Source: the human T2T-CHM13v2.0 reference genome, Homo sapiens
DNA: 64,000 nucleotides
Strand: one strand, 5' to 3'
Assembly: GCF_009914755.1 (NCBI RefSeq)
Contig: NC_060936.1
How positions within the stretch are numbered: position 1 is the stretch's first letter; the number at the start of each line of letters is the position of its first letter. This document shows, piece after piece, positions 43,862-57,203 of the stretch. The translations under genes and the position numbers were made by a program. The notes under the pieces were generated by a model. That model ran no database searches and was not told the DNA's origin. It saw nothing but the letters and a program-made list of their open reading frames with translations.

Positions 43862-45464
43862 CTTTTTTTTTTTTTATAAGGAGTAATAACCAGCATTAAC
43901 ACAATCACTTATTGGGTACTACTTTCTGTGTGCCAGTCTCTGCATGTCACATGTTATTCCCTTATCAACCTTATGAAATAGTTACCATGATATTTTGGGG
44001 CCCCAGAAAGATTATTATTAGAGTATATGTTATAAACTGTATTTCTCCAAATCATGGCCTTCACATCTTTATGACATGTGACTTGAGAACCCAAGCCTAG
44101 CCTGTAATCCTGCAATTTGACTGTAGGTATCTAATTTCTAAAGTCTATCCTAAGGATTTTCAGAGATCCAAAAAAAATCCCTAGTGGTTATATGAAAGAA
44201 AAATTTCTAGACTTCATCTCCAAGACTTTTCTTTGTTACTTTTGCAGAAAGGCTAAGACCACTGGCATTTTTGCTTGTTTCTAGAGTGATATAAGAAATC
44301 ACTTACATGTGAAAACACCAACCTAGAGCAAGGTATAAGCTTCTTTTCAGAAGGACTGTCTCTTAGAGGACCTATACATTTTTTTTTTTTCTCAATGAAT
44401 GATTTTTTTTTCCTGTTTGACTTCCAAAAAGGAGTTGGCTGGTGATTATATGAGTCTGGAATTTTAGAAAAGAGGAATGTACTTATTGGTTCTTTTGAAT
44501 GAATCAATCCAATACGCATTTATTTTGAGTCTGCTTTCTACAATGCCCTGAGATATAGAGAGATATGAGAGAACAAGGGGACTTCATGCCCATCTCCACT
44601 ATGTTTCCTATTTAGTTGAAAAGTTTCAAACTCTCAAAGATGGGGGGATTCATTCCTTTTTACTTGTTACAAGTAACTTTTTCTCATTTATGTGTACCCC
44701 TGGAGTATGGGGGTTACACAAAGTTTAGGTTAGGGTTCCTGGTTGATTCTCAAATACGTAGAAAGTTATCATTTTTAAGAAACATTTTTGACAATGTTGA
44801 TAGTATATCAGAGCAAAACGAACATCCCAGAGCTTCCTTCAGCCTTCCTGAGAGAAAACCCATAGGGAATATTGTGGGATGGCTCCAAAGGGATATGGAA
44901 AGGCGATATGATTCTGCTATAGGTAGCTGGAGCTAGGCCACAGCAGGCTAAGCAGATCTGATCTCCCAGAGCCTCCGTCACCCAATGGAGGAGACCCAGC
45001 AAGCCTGGCTGACAGCTGCATCTGGGGGAGTGGAGAGGTGTGATGTGTTCTATTGCCACTGTTCTGTGTGATGTGTTGTGTTGGGCCAAGTTAGGCTCAG
45101 TGAGTCCATTGGGCCACAGGACCCCTAGGTGTCCAGGCTGCAGGTCAAGGGACGATGAGCAGAAAGTTAATGAAAGGAATGCAGAAAAGGATGACTTGTG
45201 AGCCCATGGAGGCTGGAGCTAAAACTTACCTTTCTTTGTATACTCCTGGGCAGGTCCTCTCCTCAACTGTGCTTGTCTTCCAGCCCAATACCATGCTATG
45301 TCTGATGATTTGCTTTATTAGTAGAATTGAAAATATAACAAAATTTTAGATTTGACTAAAACACATACATACACACTGCACACTCATATCCTCTCTTCAA
45401 CCTTTGCATCACTCACTTACCCTTTGCATATATGGTCTTAGGCTATCATTCACTTAAAAAAAAT

Positions 45465-46125
45465 AACTTTATTGGGATATAATTTGCATACCATGAAAAC
45501 CTCCCATGTTAGGTATAGATTTCAATGATTTTTAGTAAGTCTACTGAATGGTGCAATCATCACCAAAATCTAATTTTGAAACATTTCCATTATCCCCAGA
45601 TAGATCCCTGATGCTCATTTGCAGTCATTACCTGCTCCCCTCTGCCCCTCCAGCCCCGGGCAACCACCAATCTACTTTCTGTTTCTATAGATTTGCCCTT
45701 TCTGGGCATTTTATAAAAATGGAATCATAACAAAGTGTGGTCTTTGTGTCTGGCTTCTTCTACTTAGCATGAAATTTATCCATGTTGTAGCATGTATCAA
45801 CATCTCATTCCTTTTTATTGCTGAATAGTGTTCCATTCCTTGGATATACCATATTGTGTTCATCCAGTCACCAGTTAATGGATATTTGGGCTGTTTCTAC
45901 CTTTTGGCTATTATGAATAATGCTGCTATGAACATTCATATGCAAGTCTTTGTGTGTACATATGCCTTGATTTCTCTTCAGTATAAATCTAGGAGTGGAA
46001 TTGCTGGTTCTTATGGTAAATCTATCTTCTCAAGATCTTATTCACAAACATCCAGTTTCTTAACTTTTTTAGAAGCTGACAAGCTGTTTTCCAAAGTGGC
46101 TGCATCATTTTGTATTCCCTGTGAT
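45465..46125 (-). mobile_element. L1MB/ME 3' fragment
   Basis: caaccaccaatctactttctgtttctatagatttgcc and ttttggctattatgaataatgctgctatgaacattc. Confidence 0.85.
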
Positions 46126-46239
46126 TGACTTAATGGTATGAGTTCTGTCTCTCTCTGTAGGGTGTAGGTTTCTTGAGGACAGCAATCCTACTGAAGTCCT
46201 AAATCAATGCATAGGTTTTGGGTCATTGATGATGATGAC

Positions 46240-46386
46240 TGTAGTGGGCTGAATGTGGCTCCAAAGATACATTTGTCCTAATTACTAGCATGTGAGAATA
46301 TTACATTACATAGCAAAGGATGTATGTGATTAAAGATCTTGAGAAGAGAGGCTCATCCCAGAATATCCAGGTGGGCCCTAAATGCC
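46240..46386 (+). mobile_element. MLT1D/E-like LTR 5' fragment
   Basis: tgtagtgggctgaatgtggctccaaagatac...ccaggtgggccctaaatgc. Confidence 0.65.
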
Positions 46387-46582
46387 TATTGTGTATTTCT
46401 TATTGTGTCCAATTGGTTTGGACACCATGATGTAATGTTTCCTTTATATAAATACAATAGATGTAAATAACCTCACATAATAGTAAAATAATTAGGAAGA
46501 AGTTCATTTTCAGTATTTTTATTCTTTTTAAAATAATTAATATAATTAAATTTTTATTCATTTGCAATTTATTGATTTTATA

Positions 46583-47979
46583 ATTTGTATTCATACAATT
46601 TAATTTTTAATAGTTGCAGAGTTTAACAACTGGCTTATTAGTTTCTTAAAAATTTAACAAGATTCTCTCTCATGAGCTGATATAAACTAATTCTAGCTCA
46701 TTTAGATTCATGCATATAAAGAGTATTCAACAAAGCCTTGCATACACAAATGGAATGTATTAGGTAATTACTACTGCTACTACTATTAATAACTTTGACT
46801 TGTGAGCTCTACAAAGGCTGAAAGTAGACATATTCCCTTATTATCCTAGCACTAACACTGAGCTAGGGCCACCCTGTTTTGTGCCCAGGGAAGATTAATT
46901 ACTGTTTGAAGAGACTCAAATTTAAGGTCATGGTCACCCAAGAACAGCATAGATTTGGTAGCAAAGTGAAGGAAATGTTAGCTACTCCATCTCTGTCAGA
47001 GTGCTTGATGTGTTCAGATCATTTTAAGAGCCAATTGTTGGGAATAAAGAGAGGGCCCAGAGAGGGGGACAGGCAAGGGAAATCTAGCTTAAGGTGCATC
47101 ATTTTGGGGAATCTGGAGTAAGAACCATCAGCTTGTGAGAGGAAGTGTTGAAGGTTCGTCTCTTTATTCCTATCTGCTGTTCTTACTGGTATCTGTGCTC
47201 CCTATTGTCTTTAGTTGGTGACCTTTTGTTCTCTGATCACCACTTCCATCCCTGATTTAAAGTTGAGTAATATTTAAGAAGCAACTGGAGATCAGGAATT
47301 GACAAAATCACCATGAAAGCATACCAAAGGCAACTGACTTTAAAAAACTACTTCACAGGTAATTCACACATGGGCTCCCTAGATGTTGGATGTTACTTAA
47401 ATGTCTCAAAAATAAAATCACTATAAGGATCCATTTATCCTTTTGTTTAATTCCATAAATTGTAAACTTATACTTAAGTTTGCAGAAATTGAGGTGTTTT
47501 CTAATGCTCCTATGTGTAAGTAAAGCTAGAATGAAAACAGATCAATTCATTTAGGGGAAATATAAGTAAATTATGTAAAAACAACTGATTTACTTTATAC
47601 CAGAAATTCTTTGTGTTATAAGTGACAAGTTTCACTCATCCTTGAATTAGCTTCAAAGAGATAGTGTAAATTCTGGAGAGAAAAAAAGAGTGTGTTAAAG
47701 ACTCAAATTTAAGGACTTCAAACTACTTATCTAGGAGTGTGCTTCCCAAAGCATGCTGCATGGAATTTTATTTCTGGGAAATGCTTCAGGAATAAAATTT
47801 CCTAAATTATTCTTTTTAAAATTATTTATTTATTTGTATTCATATAATTTACTTTTTAATAATTGCCAAGTTTAACAACTGGCTCATTAGTTTCCTAAAA
47901 ATTAAACAAGATTCTCTCTCATTAGCTGATATAAATTAACTCCAGCTCATTTAAATTCATGCATATAAAGAGCATTCAA
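46583..47979 (+). repeat. Dispersed 148-bp direct duplication (46583-46730 and 47832-47979) containing a MER63-like hAT end
   Basis: Roughly 85% identity by eye, including the flank beyond the transposon end. Confidence 0.88.
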
Positions 47980-48562
47980 ATAAATTCAGGGTGAACAGTC
48001 TCTTTGATGAAGTAAGTTTGAGGGTGCTGCAGACCAGTCCCCTCTGACAGATGATGGCACACAGTCACACAGTAAAGGCTCTGAGGAGTGCTGCTGTAAA
48101 GACATCCCTCAACTTAGTGTAATTCCTCATCTTCTAGACATATTTGACCCCAGAATCCTGTTTTCACCTAACTCCTATTAATATTCTGAGCAACTAGTGT
48201 TCCTAGGACACAATTTTGGAATCTTCACACTAGGGTTGTTACTGCTTCTAAGTGGTTTTGTGATCTTCAGCAAACCCTAGCCCTCATTTCTCTGTAGATT
48301 TACTGAATCCTTTCACAGAGATGCTGTGAATCGAAATTTCTGCAGAGAGTTTCTCTAAAAAGTTTCAAAAACTACTTTTGTGCTGGGCTAACATTCCTTA
48401 GCAGAAAGCCAACTTATGAGTTCTCCTATTACTCCATTCTGCAGAGACTCTCAATAAGGCATATCTGCGGAATGTTGACCTCGGAGTGACACACACTTAA
48501 AAGCATTGGTGGACACTTGGCAAAGCCAAGGAAGTTACAACTTGCTTCAGTTTTCACCTTGA

Positions 48563-48910
<348 letters not shown>

Positions 48911-50036
48911 CCTTCTTTTTCTTCTAAAGGCACAATTGCTGCAGTAATTTTCTGTAGTACATCCTTAATTGCATCGATATAGGTTGTCGTGGCATAACCT
49001 ATGTTCACATCCTCATTTCAAGATTGGCTTAAATGTGGAGCCAGATGACTGTAGCCTTAAGGCCCACCTCAGTTCATTACCCTGAAGCACCTCCTCGGCC
49101 TGGTTTTGGATTAGAAACAAGGTAGTACAGAATCCAAATAAACAAGCCAGGGCAGAATATCCAAATGACAGAAAAGCAAAAACTTATTCTTTACAACTCC
49201 AGTAAAATACTTAGGTTTAGCTCATGTGACACAGCCAAGGATTCATTTTTCGACAAGGTGCCCAGTAGACTTGGTGCCATGGGTGGCTTTGCTTCTGCAG
49301 AGGATGCCTTTGTTCTTCCCTCAAGCGTGTTATGTTTTAGGCTCAAATGCAAACTCTGAGCAAATGGTCATTTTCACAGAGTAAAAAAAAATCACAGATT
49401 TGCTTTTTAATTTTGGGTGTTTTCTTGAAATGAGGCAAGACTAATTTAGGCCTTTGGGACATTTGTTTTGGGGGTTTTTGGAGACTGTCATATGGCTTCT
49501 CATTGAATTAAGCTTCCATGTTTGGGGATGAATTTATTTTTTGTCACAAGGCTTAAGATCCCAACTCAGCCAGGTTTCTGTGTGTTTCTTCTAATAAAGA
49601 GTAGAAACTATGAGTTGGAATATCCCCAAATTATCTTTTGGGTTAAAATAGCTTGTTCACAGAATTCTGAAAAATATCTTTCCCTTGTGAGCTATAAACT
49701 TAAAGCTACAAACTCCTTTCCTAAGCAGGAACTGATGTTCAAACAATTTGGACTAAAACATAAAGCAAATAAATACTTGTCCCCCCAATTTGTCCTCTAC
49801 TCTCTTCCCTAATTTTGTGTTTGCAATATTAATTCAGAAGAAATTCAGTAAATGGTCACTGACATAACCAGTTTGTTGGCTAATAATTATTTCGTTCTTA
49901 AGGCCTGAGTTCTTACAGTCAGCCATGGGGCTGAAGCCAAAAGAAAGGCAAGGGAAGAGGCCAGTGCCTAAGGAGAGGAGGATGTTTTCTATTTTACCCA
50001 AACTTCCTCATGCATGGACCTAAGAACTTGCTCCCA

Positions 50037-50212
50037 GTCAGGGCCAGCTTCATGGTGTGGGAACTGTGCGGTTGCACAGAGCTCTGCTTTGAGAAGGGCC
50101 TCATGTTTGTTGCATGCTCTGTTGTCACCATCTTGAAAATTTTAATACTTTTTGAACAAGGAGCTCTACATTTTCATTTTTACTCTGAGTCCCTCAAATT
50201 ATGTAGCCTGTT
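50037..50212. mobile_element. MER91-like hAT-Tip100 MITE
   Basis: cagggccagcttcatgg...caccatcttgaaaattttaatactttttgaacaagg...caaattatgtagcc. Confidence 0.55.
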
Positions 50213-51237
50213 CTTCTCCTGGGTTATAGATGGCTTGGGCTCTCTGCTTTCTTCTCACTCTTCTCTCCCAGTCATGCCCCTGAGCCAGGCTCAGGACCAT
50301 GCTCAGTGCTGGACTCGCCATTGTCATGTCCTCTGGAGAAGGAAGCTTATAGGGAGTCAACTTTCAGTAATCCTTCTGTGGATTTTGTGGATTATTTGTC
50401 ATCTCAGTTGCTTTTTTTTTTGTTTTTGTTTGTTTTTGTTTTTTGTTTTTTTGGCCATCCCATGGACCTCTAGTTGGTTTGGACTTTCAAGAAAAGTCAG
50501 GTAATTTCAACAGTCATGCAAGCTGAACATGAGGAGGGAGGTAAATATGTTGCCCAGGAAAAATCCCACAATGCCAAAGCTCAATGAAAATTACATTTCA
50601 TTTGTAATTTTATACTCATCAGTGATAAACCAGTAAACAGGTACAAAACCAATTTACATTTGGAGTTTACATTAGAATTCTAAAAAATCTTACTGAACAC
50701 CTGAATACTTTGATTTATGATGTCTGTTTCCTGTATATGGTTTCTATTTTTTATGTTGAACCATATGGAGGCTCATTTATTCAATGTGCTTATTAAATTT
50801 TTATATTTGCACCACTTGTATAAGCTAAGAATTACTGCCACAAAACTACTTTCTTTATATAGTCATGTGTGTCTTTTTTTCTTTTCTTTCTTCCTTTTTT
50901 ATTGCCTTAGGAAATTCTTTTGAAATGGCAATATTTCTTCTTTACCCAATTTAAACATTGCTCACCTTGCCATATCCCCTTCTCCTCTGCTACCTTGGTA
51001 GAAATGCTTTTATGAAACTGTACTTTATAGTGAAGATTTGTGCCTTCTTGAAGAATATGAAAAGAAACAGTCCTCTCTGCTATTACTCTGTCCATAATAC
51101 TGAGAGCATTGTGTATTACATGACACTCTGACTTCTTTACGAGAACCATAGAAGACATTTCTCTGCTCTGAGATCTGGCTTAAGGGCTACGTTATCTGGG
51201 GCCATAACAAGCATATAAATCTAAAATTGTGCCAAAG

Positions 51238-51545
51238 AGAATAAAATGGCAGATACCAGAGACTGGGAGAGGTGGGTGAGGGGAGAGGGGGAGTGAAGAG
51301 AGGTTGGTTATGGGTACAAACATACAGTTAGATAGAAGAAATAAATTCCAATGCTTGATAGCAGACTAGGGTGACTATGCTTAGCAACAATATTACATAT
51401 ATTTCAAAGCAACTAGAAGAGAAGACTTGAAATGGTACCAACACATAAAAATAATAAATAATCCAATTACCCTGACTTGATCATTACACATTCTTTCCAT
51501 GTAACAAACACTCACATGTGCCCCATAAATATGTAAATTTTGTGT
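51238..51545 (+). mobile_element. L1MA 3' end fragment
   Basis: gggtacaaacatacagttagatagaagaaataa and ccctgacttgatcattacaca, followed by a (TCTA)n tail. Confidence 0.85.
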
Positions 51546-53039
51546 CTATCTATCTATCAATCTATCTAGCTATCTAGCTAGCTATATCTCAATATAGCAA
51601 TAAGAACAGAAAGAATTTTAGGCCTGGAGACATATAGTCTGGAATAGTGGATGAGAAGCTGAACCCTGTCAGCATTTTCTTTCTCACCTCTTTTTCACGC
51701 AGTTCCTCTATAAATAAATTTGAAAGAAATATTTTAAAGATTATCAGCCTGAAGAGATGCCAAAAAAGTAGCATTCCCACAGACCTACACCTCTTGATCT
51801 AGCCCGAATAGAAGTACCTCATGTAGTCTAACTTCTCCTGACAACTAGTTTGTTTTCGTATTTATGGTCTTTGGGCCCCCTAACCAACCATGGTTTCCTC
51901 TTTGAGGAATGAAGTTAGGACAAAAGGTGCATATGAGCTTCTGCACACTTGTGAGAGATAAGTATATGGTCCACCTCTCACAAGTGTGCAGGAGCTCATG
52001 TATGCGTTTTGTTCAATCCTCCTTCTTCCACCAATTTTATTGTCTATACTATTTCCTTTTGCCTCGTTTTTCCTACTTACTTTATCTTGCTGATGGTATA
52101 CATCTGCCTTACCTCCTTACGACTTTAACTTTTAAATTCTTGTTTAGAGGTGTTTTATGCAGATACTATCCTCCTCTTCCTCCTTCGTCTTCTTCTTCCT
52201 TACTATCCACCTTCTGTTGTATGGTAACTTTACAAAAGAAACGACAATGATTTCATGTCCCGTGAAGTCACAATTATTGGCCTTTCTATTTGTATTTTTT
52301 CTATTCCCTTTAACATTTCTGGCTTTTATAATGCATATATTAGTACAGTTATCCATGTTAATAAATGGTGGTCATATATATGACTATGTGCTCAAAAATG
52401 TCTAATGAAATGTGCAAATCAAATGGTTCAGAGATGACCAACCAAGATTATTGCAGTTGGTCCCTTTGTTTCAGACTAACTTCCTTATCACTCTATTATT
52501 CATCTGTTAGTTAATACAACTAAAGTGCTTAGAACAAAGTAAGTACTATATACCTTAGCTATGATTATTATCCTATTGCCAAACTTGACTTTCTGCCACC
52601 ATCCTAATCTTCATTATCACAGATTTGGAATTTTACTTACTTAATAGCTTTAGATAAATGAGTTGTTCCCGTAGTGGGATCCCAATGTTGGTTCCCTGGC
52701 TCCTGGCCTGCTTTGCCAAGTCTGTGTGATCACAGGCTGACAGGCCAGGCTCTCCCAGTTAGAAGAGAGGTTGCTGTGGTCCTACACTGCATCAAAAGAT
52801 GCATTCCCTCAGCCAAAGCCTTTCCCTTGATCCCTTCCAGTCATCAAGTCACCTCTCTACATCACACAACTGGTCATGCCACACCCTACTAGAAGAAAAT
52901 CTGTAGACATTAGACTATCTATGAAATTAAGTCCACATTCCCTTGGGAGAATCAGAATAACATATGCTGGAAAGCTGCTCTCTAGGATTTGCGGAGCTTT
53001 GTGTTCTATTGTGTCTGCTGAGAAAAAGGAAGGAGGGAG

Positions 53040-53200
53040 AGCAGCACAGTGTTACACTTTGGAGTCAGATGTCACAGATTCAAACCCCGTCCCTGTCACG
53101 TGAGATCTTATTGTCTCCAAGCCTCAGTTTCTGATCTGTAAAATGGCGTAATGATACCTGCCTCATAGAATTGTAAGATAACCCATGTACTATACTTGGG
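53040..53200 (+). mobile_element. MIR fragment
   Basis: gcctcagtttctgatctgtaaaatgg core. Confidence 0.75.
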
Positions 53201-53616
53201 AACTGATAGAGCTGTTTGTTTGTGTGTTTTTTGCTAGGCTCCCTCAAATCATGGTACCAATAGGTTTTTAATACAGGGTAGCACTTTTCATTTGTAACAT
53301 TCTAACCCTTGAGAAAGTCTTCCACTAAAGGGATATTTAACACATTCTACTTAGTGAGAATGTGAAATATTCTTGAAAGAAATAACAAGCTGAGACCTGA
53401 TATAAATAGTGTTGCAGGTGGTGACAACAGAGAGCAGTATGGCATGGTTGGAGTACAGTCAGAGAGCTGGGAGGGAGGGCTGACACTGAAGAGCTAAGGC
53501 AGGGGCAGACAATGGAATAGCTTTGTTTTTTTATACTGGAAATATTAACTACCACTAAATTGCAACCAATTTTATTTTCATAAGATAGCATGTGCAAAGA
53601 TCACCTCCACACAATG

Positions 53617-54340
53617 CTCAGAAAACTAAAGCAGCACCTTTATTTTATACATACAAACAGTATAAAATGTTTATTAGGTAAGAGCTGTGTTTTGTTTACA
53701 ATATATTATATTGCTTCAAGCCAATGCAAAAAGTTCATACATTATATTCCCTATTTCATTGTGTTTAGAATATATTATATTGTTTAAATGCCACTACCAC
53801 AGTGTAATTTTTTTTTTTTTAATACTGAATCTCTGGAATAATGGTAAGGTCAAAATATATTGTATTGAGAGTTTAAAAATTAAGAGCAATTTTTAAAAAT
53901 GTAACAAACATCTAAATATCTGACAATAAAATCTGAAATGCTGTAACTTCAACATTAACTGCACCATCCAAATTCTTGTGACTTACGCATTTTTGCCCAA
54001 TTTAACCTTTCTGATGTTCCCCTGCCCCCAGACACCATAAATGCATTGTAATTTTGAAAATATCTGCCAACTACACACTGAAAATTTTAACCTGATCAAT
54101 TGACATAATATAAAATCTGTCCCAAAGCACTGAAACAAGAAAATCTATACCATCATGCTACAGACGTACTTAGAAAACTTAAAAGGAAGAGTAAATATCA
54201 GCTCAGTGATTTATAATGAAGCTAATAAAATTCAGGCCAGTATTCTTAAGTGTAATGAACATTATTTGAACATTCAACACATGAAAGGTTAACAAAGGCT
54301 ATGAACTTGGTGTAACTTAAAACGTTTCAGATGTCGGAGT
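53617..54340 (-). other. WIF1: WIF1 3'UTR (AU-rich; 3' end approximate)
   Basis: Repeat-free AT-rich sequence following the stop codon and ending ~20 nt after the distal AATAAA. Confidence 0.85.
53639..53675 (-). terminator. WIF1: Tandem polyadenylation signals of WIF1 (AATAAA at 53670-53675 and 53639-53644)
   Basis: tttatt appears twice on the + strand. Upstream TGTA elements (TGTATGTATAAAATAAA) precede the distal hexamer. Confidence 0.85.
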
Positions 54341-54462
54341 TCACCAGATGTAATTGGATTCAGGTGGATCCCGCCGCTCCTCGGCCTTTTTAAGTGAAGG
54401 CGTGTGCTGCCTGAGCTGGGCGCCTGCTGGCCTCAGGGCATGTATGAGGCTGGCTTCGTACC
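54341..54462 (-). CDS. WIF1: WIF1 last exon, coding part: [40 protein letters not shown]
   Basis: Acceptor ttttgcag|GGTACGAAG; TGA stop at 54341-54343; the translation is the recognisable WIF1 hydrophilic C-terminal tail. Confidence 0.97.
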
Positions 54463-56309
54463 CTGCAAAATTATTCACAGCTTAAAAGGAAAGAAACTAC
54501 AAAACCAGGCTCTTCAGATTCATTATTAACCATTCAAATGAAATCCATTTTTGCCTTTTCAATCCAGAATGAAAAACCGCAATGACCACAAAAAGCTACC
54601 TGAATGAAGAGATCTCTGTTAAGAGCAACCCATTTTACTAACTCCATGAAACCAGGTTTCCATTGGATTTCTCATTCCCTATATATTCTGGCCATGCAGA
54701 AACTCTTGATGCAAAATCTGGGTGAATGTGACTGAATGGAAGTATAGTCTCCATCCAAGGGCTGGTAAGGATCTAGCATTGAAATTTTGAATGCAGCTGC
54801 AGATTTGGTCGTTGATCCTTTTCACTGCACTGCAAACCTAACCTAGCTGATATTGATCCAGTTCAATATGACAACCCGACTCTTCATAAAGATCACATGA
54901 TTGGGTGTGACTATTGCACTTATAAGACAGGAATTTTGTAAAAATTAAGAACTTCCATTATATGTGTCAGGGAAAAGGTTAAGATTTGAACTGACTCTTC
55001 CTTATCAATAGAGATTTGTGTTTTGGTCAAGGTGGGCATCTATCTGTTTCCAGATGGGTTGTAAATGGAATGTGCTAAGTTACACAACTTCAGACCTCCC
55101 TTCTTCCTACTTGGGGTGATGCTCAGGGGCAGTAACTCATTTCTCATCTCCTAAAACTGATCCAAGGCAGCAAATTACATTGTAAAAATCTGCCTGCATC
55201 TTCTTGTGCATCTGAGTTAAATTCAGCATTTATTTATTCCTTGTGTTTTTAAATGCAAACATGCCATTAAGCAGCTACTGAGAACAGAATACTTTGTTCC
55301 TGAATGTGTTCCTTTGAATTGTCAGTATGTAGTCTAGTAGCTTGTGGAGTGGTCAAAACCTGAGCCAGCAATGAGTTGGAGTAAATCTCTACCATGCTGC
55401 TTGGCCTGTGACCCATGAAGCCCAAACCTTTCTGTTGGCGAGGGTGAGCCTATGCGGGGACTTCTGTCTCCAGTATCCTCCTCCCCACCATCATGCCTGG
55501 GTCCCTGGAACTCCCAACGTGTCATCCCACTGGGAGTATGTTCTTAGCAGAACTCTGTGCCTCAGAGCTTCCTTGTCACCTCCGTCTAGTCAAAATAAAC
55601 CCCCTTCTTTCAGCTCAATTATTTTAGCTAATGTACAAAATGGCTGGGTGACCTCTCCTGGAAAACACATTTGCATTTGAATCAAGCACCAGGTCATCTT
55701 CTTGGCATGCAATGCTTGGATTTGAAGGAGGCACACTGATGGCAGACGCTTTCAGCAGCATAATCTCCAAGTGGGGGTGCTGTTTGGAGGCTGGCAGACC
55801 TGTCAGGAGGCATCATCTACCACACGAGGGCCCCTAACTTGCCTTCCCTTTGGAAGAATGGCTGGGTGCATCAGAAGTAACAGTGCCCTTGTGCTCCCCT
55901 CTTCATCACTTGTGGGGATCACTGGGATCTGGATGTGAGTCTTAGAAGACCTTTGTAACTAAGTCCTTGCATGTGTGGTCTGGACTAGGCTTGAGGATTT
56001 TTTAGTTATTTTGATTCTGAAGCAAGCCTCAGGGTTTGTCTCCAGTTGAGGGTGGCATAAGAGCTTCGGTTTACTCTTTTCCAAAATGGCACTAGAAATA
56101 TTGAGTCTCCTATAGGTCTTTTAGTCCAAAGAAGATCTCCTTATCAGTATGTCCTAGCAGGGATACCATTCAACCATTCCCACTGTGTGAGAAGCAATTT
56201 TCCAGAGGAGCGGCACTGCTTATTAAATTGTGTCCACCTGAAGCCAATGTAATCAACCATCCAGTTAATTCAGTGGGTGAAAAAGCATCAAATCAGTGGC
56301 TTAGTGTAG

Positions 56310-56680
56310 TGATATGGTTTGCCTGTGTCCCCACCCAAATCTCATCTTGAATTGTAATCCCCATAATCCCCGTGTGTCAAGGGAGACACCAGGTGGAGGT
56401 AATTGAATCATGGGGCTGGTTCCCCTATGCTGTTCTCCTGATAGTGAGCGAGTTCTCACGAGATCTGACAGTTTTATAAGTGTTTGGCAAGCTCCTTCTA
56501 TGGTCATTCTCTCTCCTTCCACCTTATGAAGAAGGTACCTGCCTCCCTTTGCCTTCTGCCACGATTGTAAGTTTCCTGAGGCCTCCCTAGCCATATGGAA
56601 GGGTGAGTCAAACCTCTTTCCTTTATACATTACTCAGTCTCTGAAAGTTCTTTATAGCAGTGTGAGAACAGACTAATACA
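56310..56680 (+). mobile_element. THE1D/MSTA-like solo LTR in the WIF1 last intron (antisense to WIF1)
   Basis: TGATATGGTTTG...CTAATACA termini; TSD tgtag/tgtaa. Confidence 0.92.
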
Positions 56681-57065
56681 TGTAACCTAGACCAGATACC
56701 AACCTACCTTAAAGTAAACAGATGTATAACTACATATACACTTATTTTAGATACATTAAACAAATACAATATGAACATTGTAAAATATAAGCAAAACTTA
56801 GAAATTAGAAAGACTACCATAAGTATATTAAATGTATATTTATATATAAATATAAATCAAATTTAAAATATAAAAAATATTTAAAAACTAGTATATTCTT
56901 TTAGCACCCCAGTGGATAATTTCCACACTCACTGGGTTGCATGCACCAACCTTTGGAGACTACTGATCTAGGAAAACATCTGATATGTGAGTGATTTGTT
57001 CAGTTTGTATCCATTACTTTGGAGACATAATATGGTAGACACAACCTGGAATTTTGTGAATTTGC

Positions 57066-57203
57066 TTTTTTTTTTTTTTTTTTTTTTGAGACAGGGTCTT
57101 TCTATGTTGCCCAGGCTGATCTCAAACTCCTGGATTCAAGAAATCCTCTTGCCTCAGCCTCCCAAGTAGCTTGGACTACAGGCATGTGCCAACACTCCCA
57201 GCT
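57066..57203 (-). mobile_element. FLAM (Alu monomer)
   Basis: Single ~130-nt arm with poly-T. Confidence 0.85.

Noticed and set aside
54560-54960. Possible extra WIF1 exon in the repeat-free part of the last intron
   Set aside because: Exons 9 and 10 already join in frame to give the known protein, and I found no open, EGF-like or well-bounded exon here.
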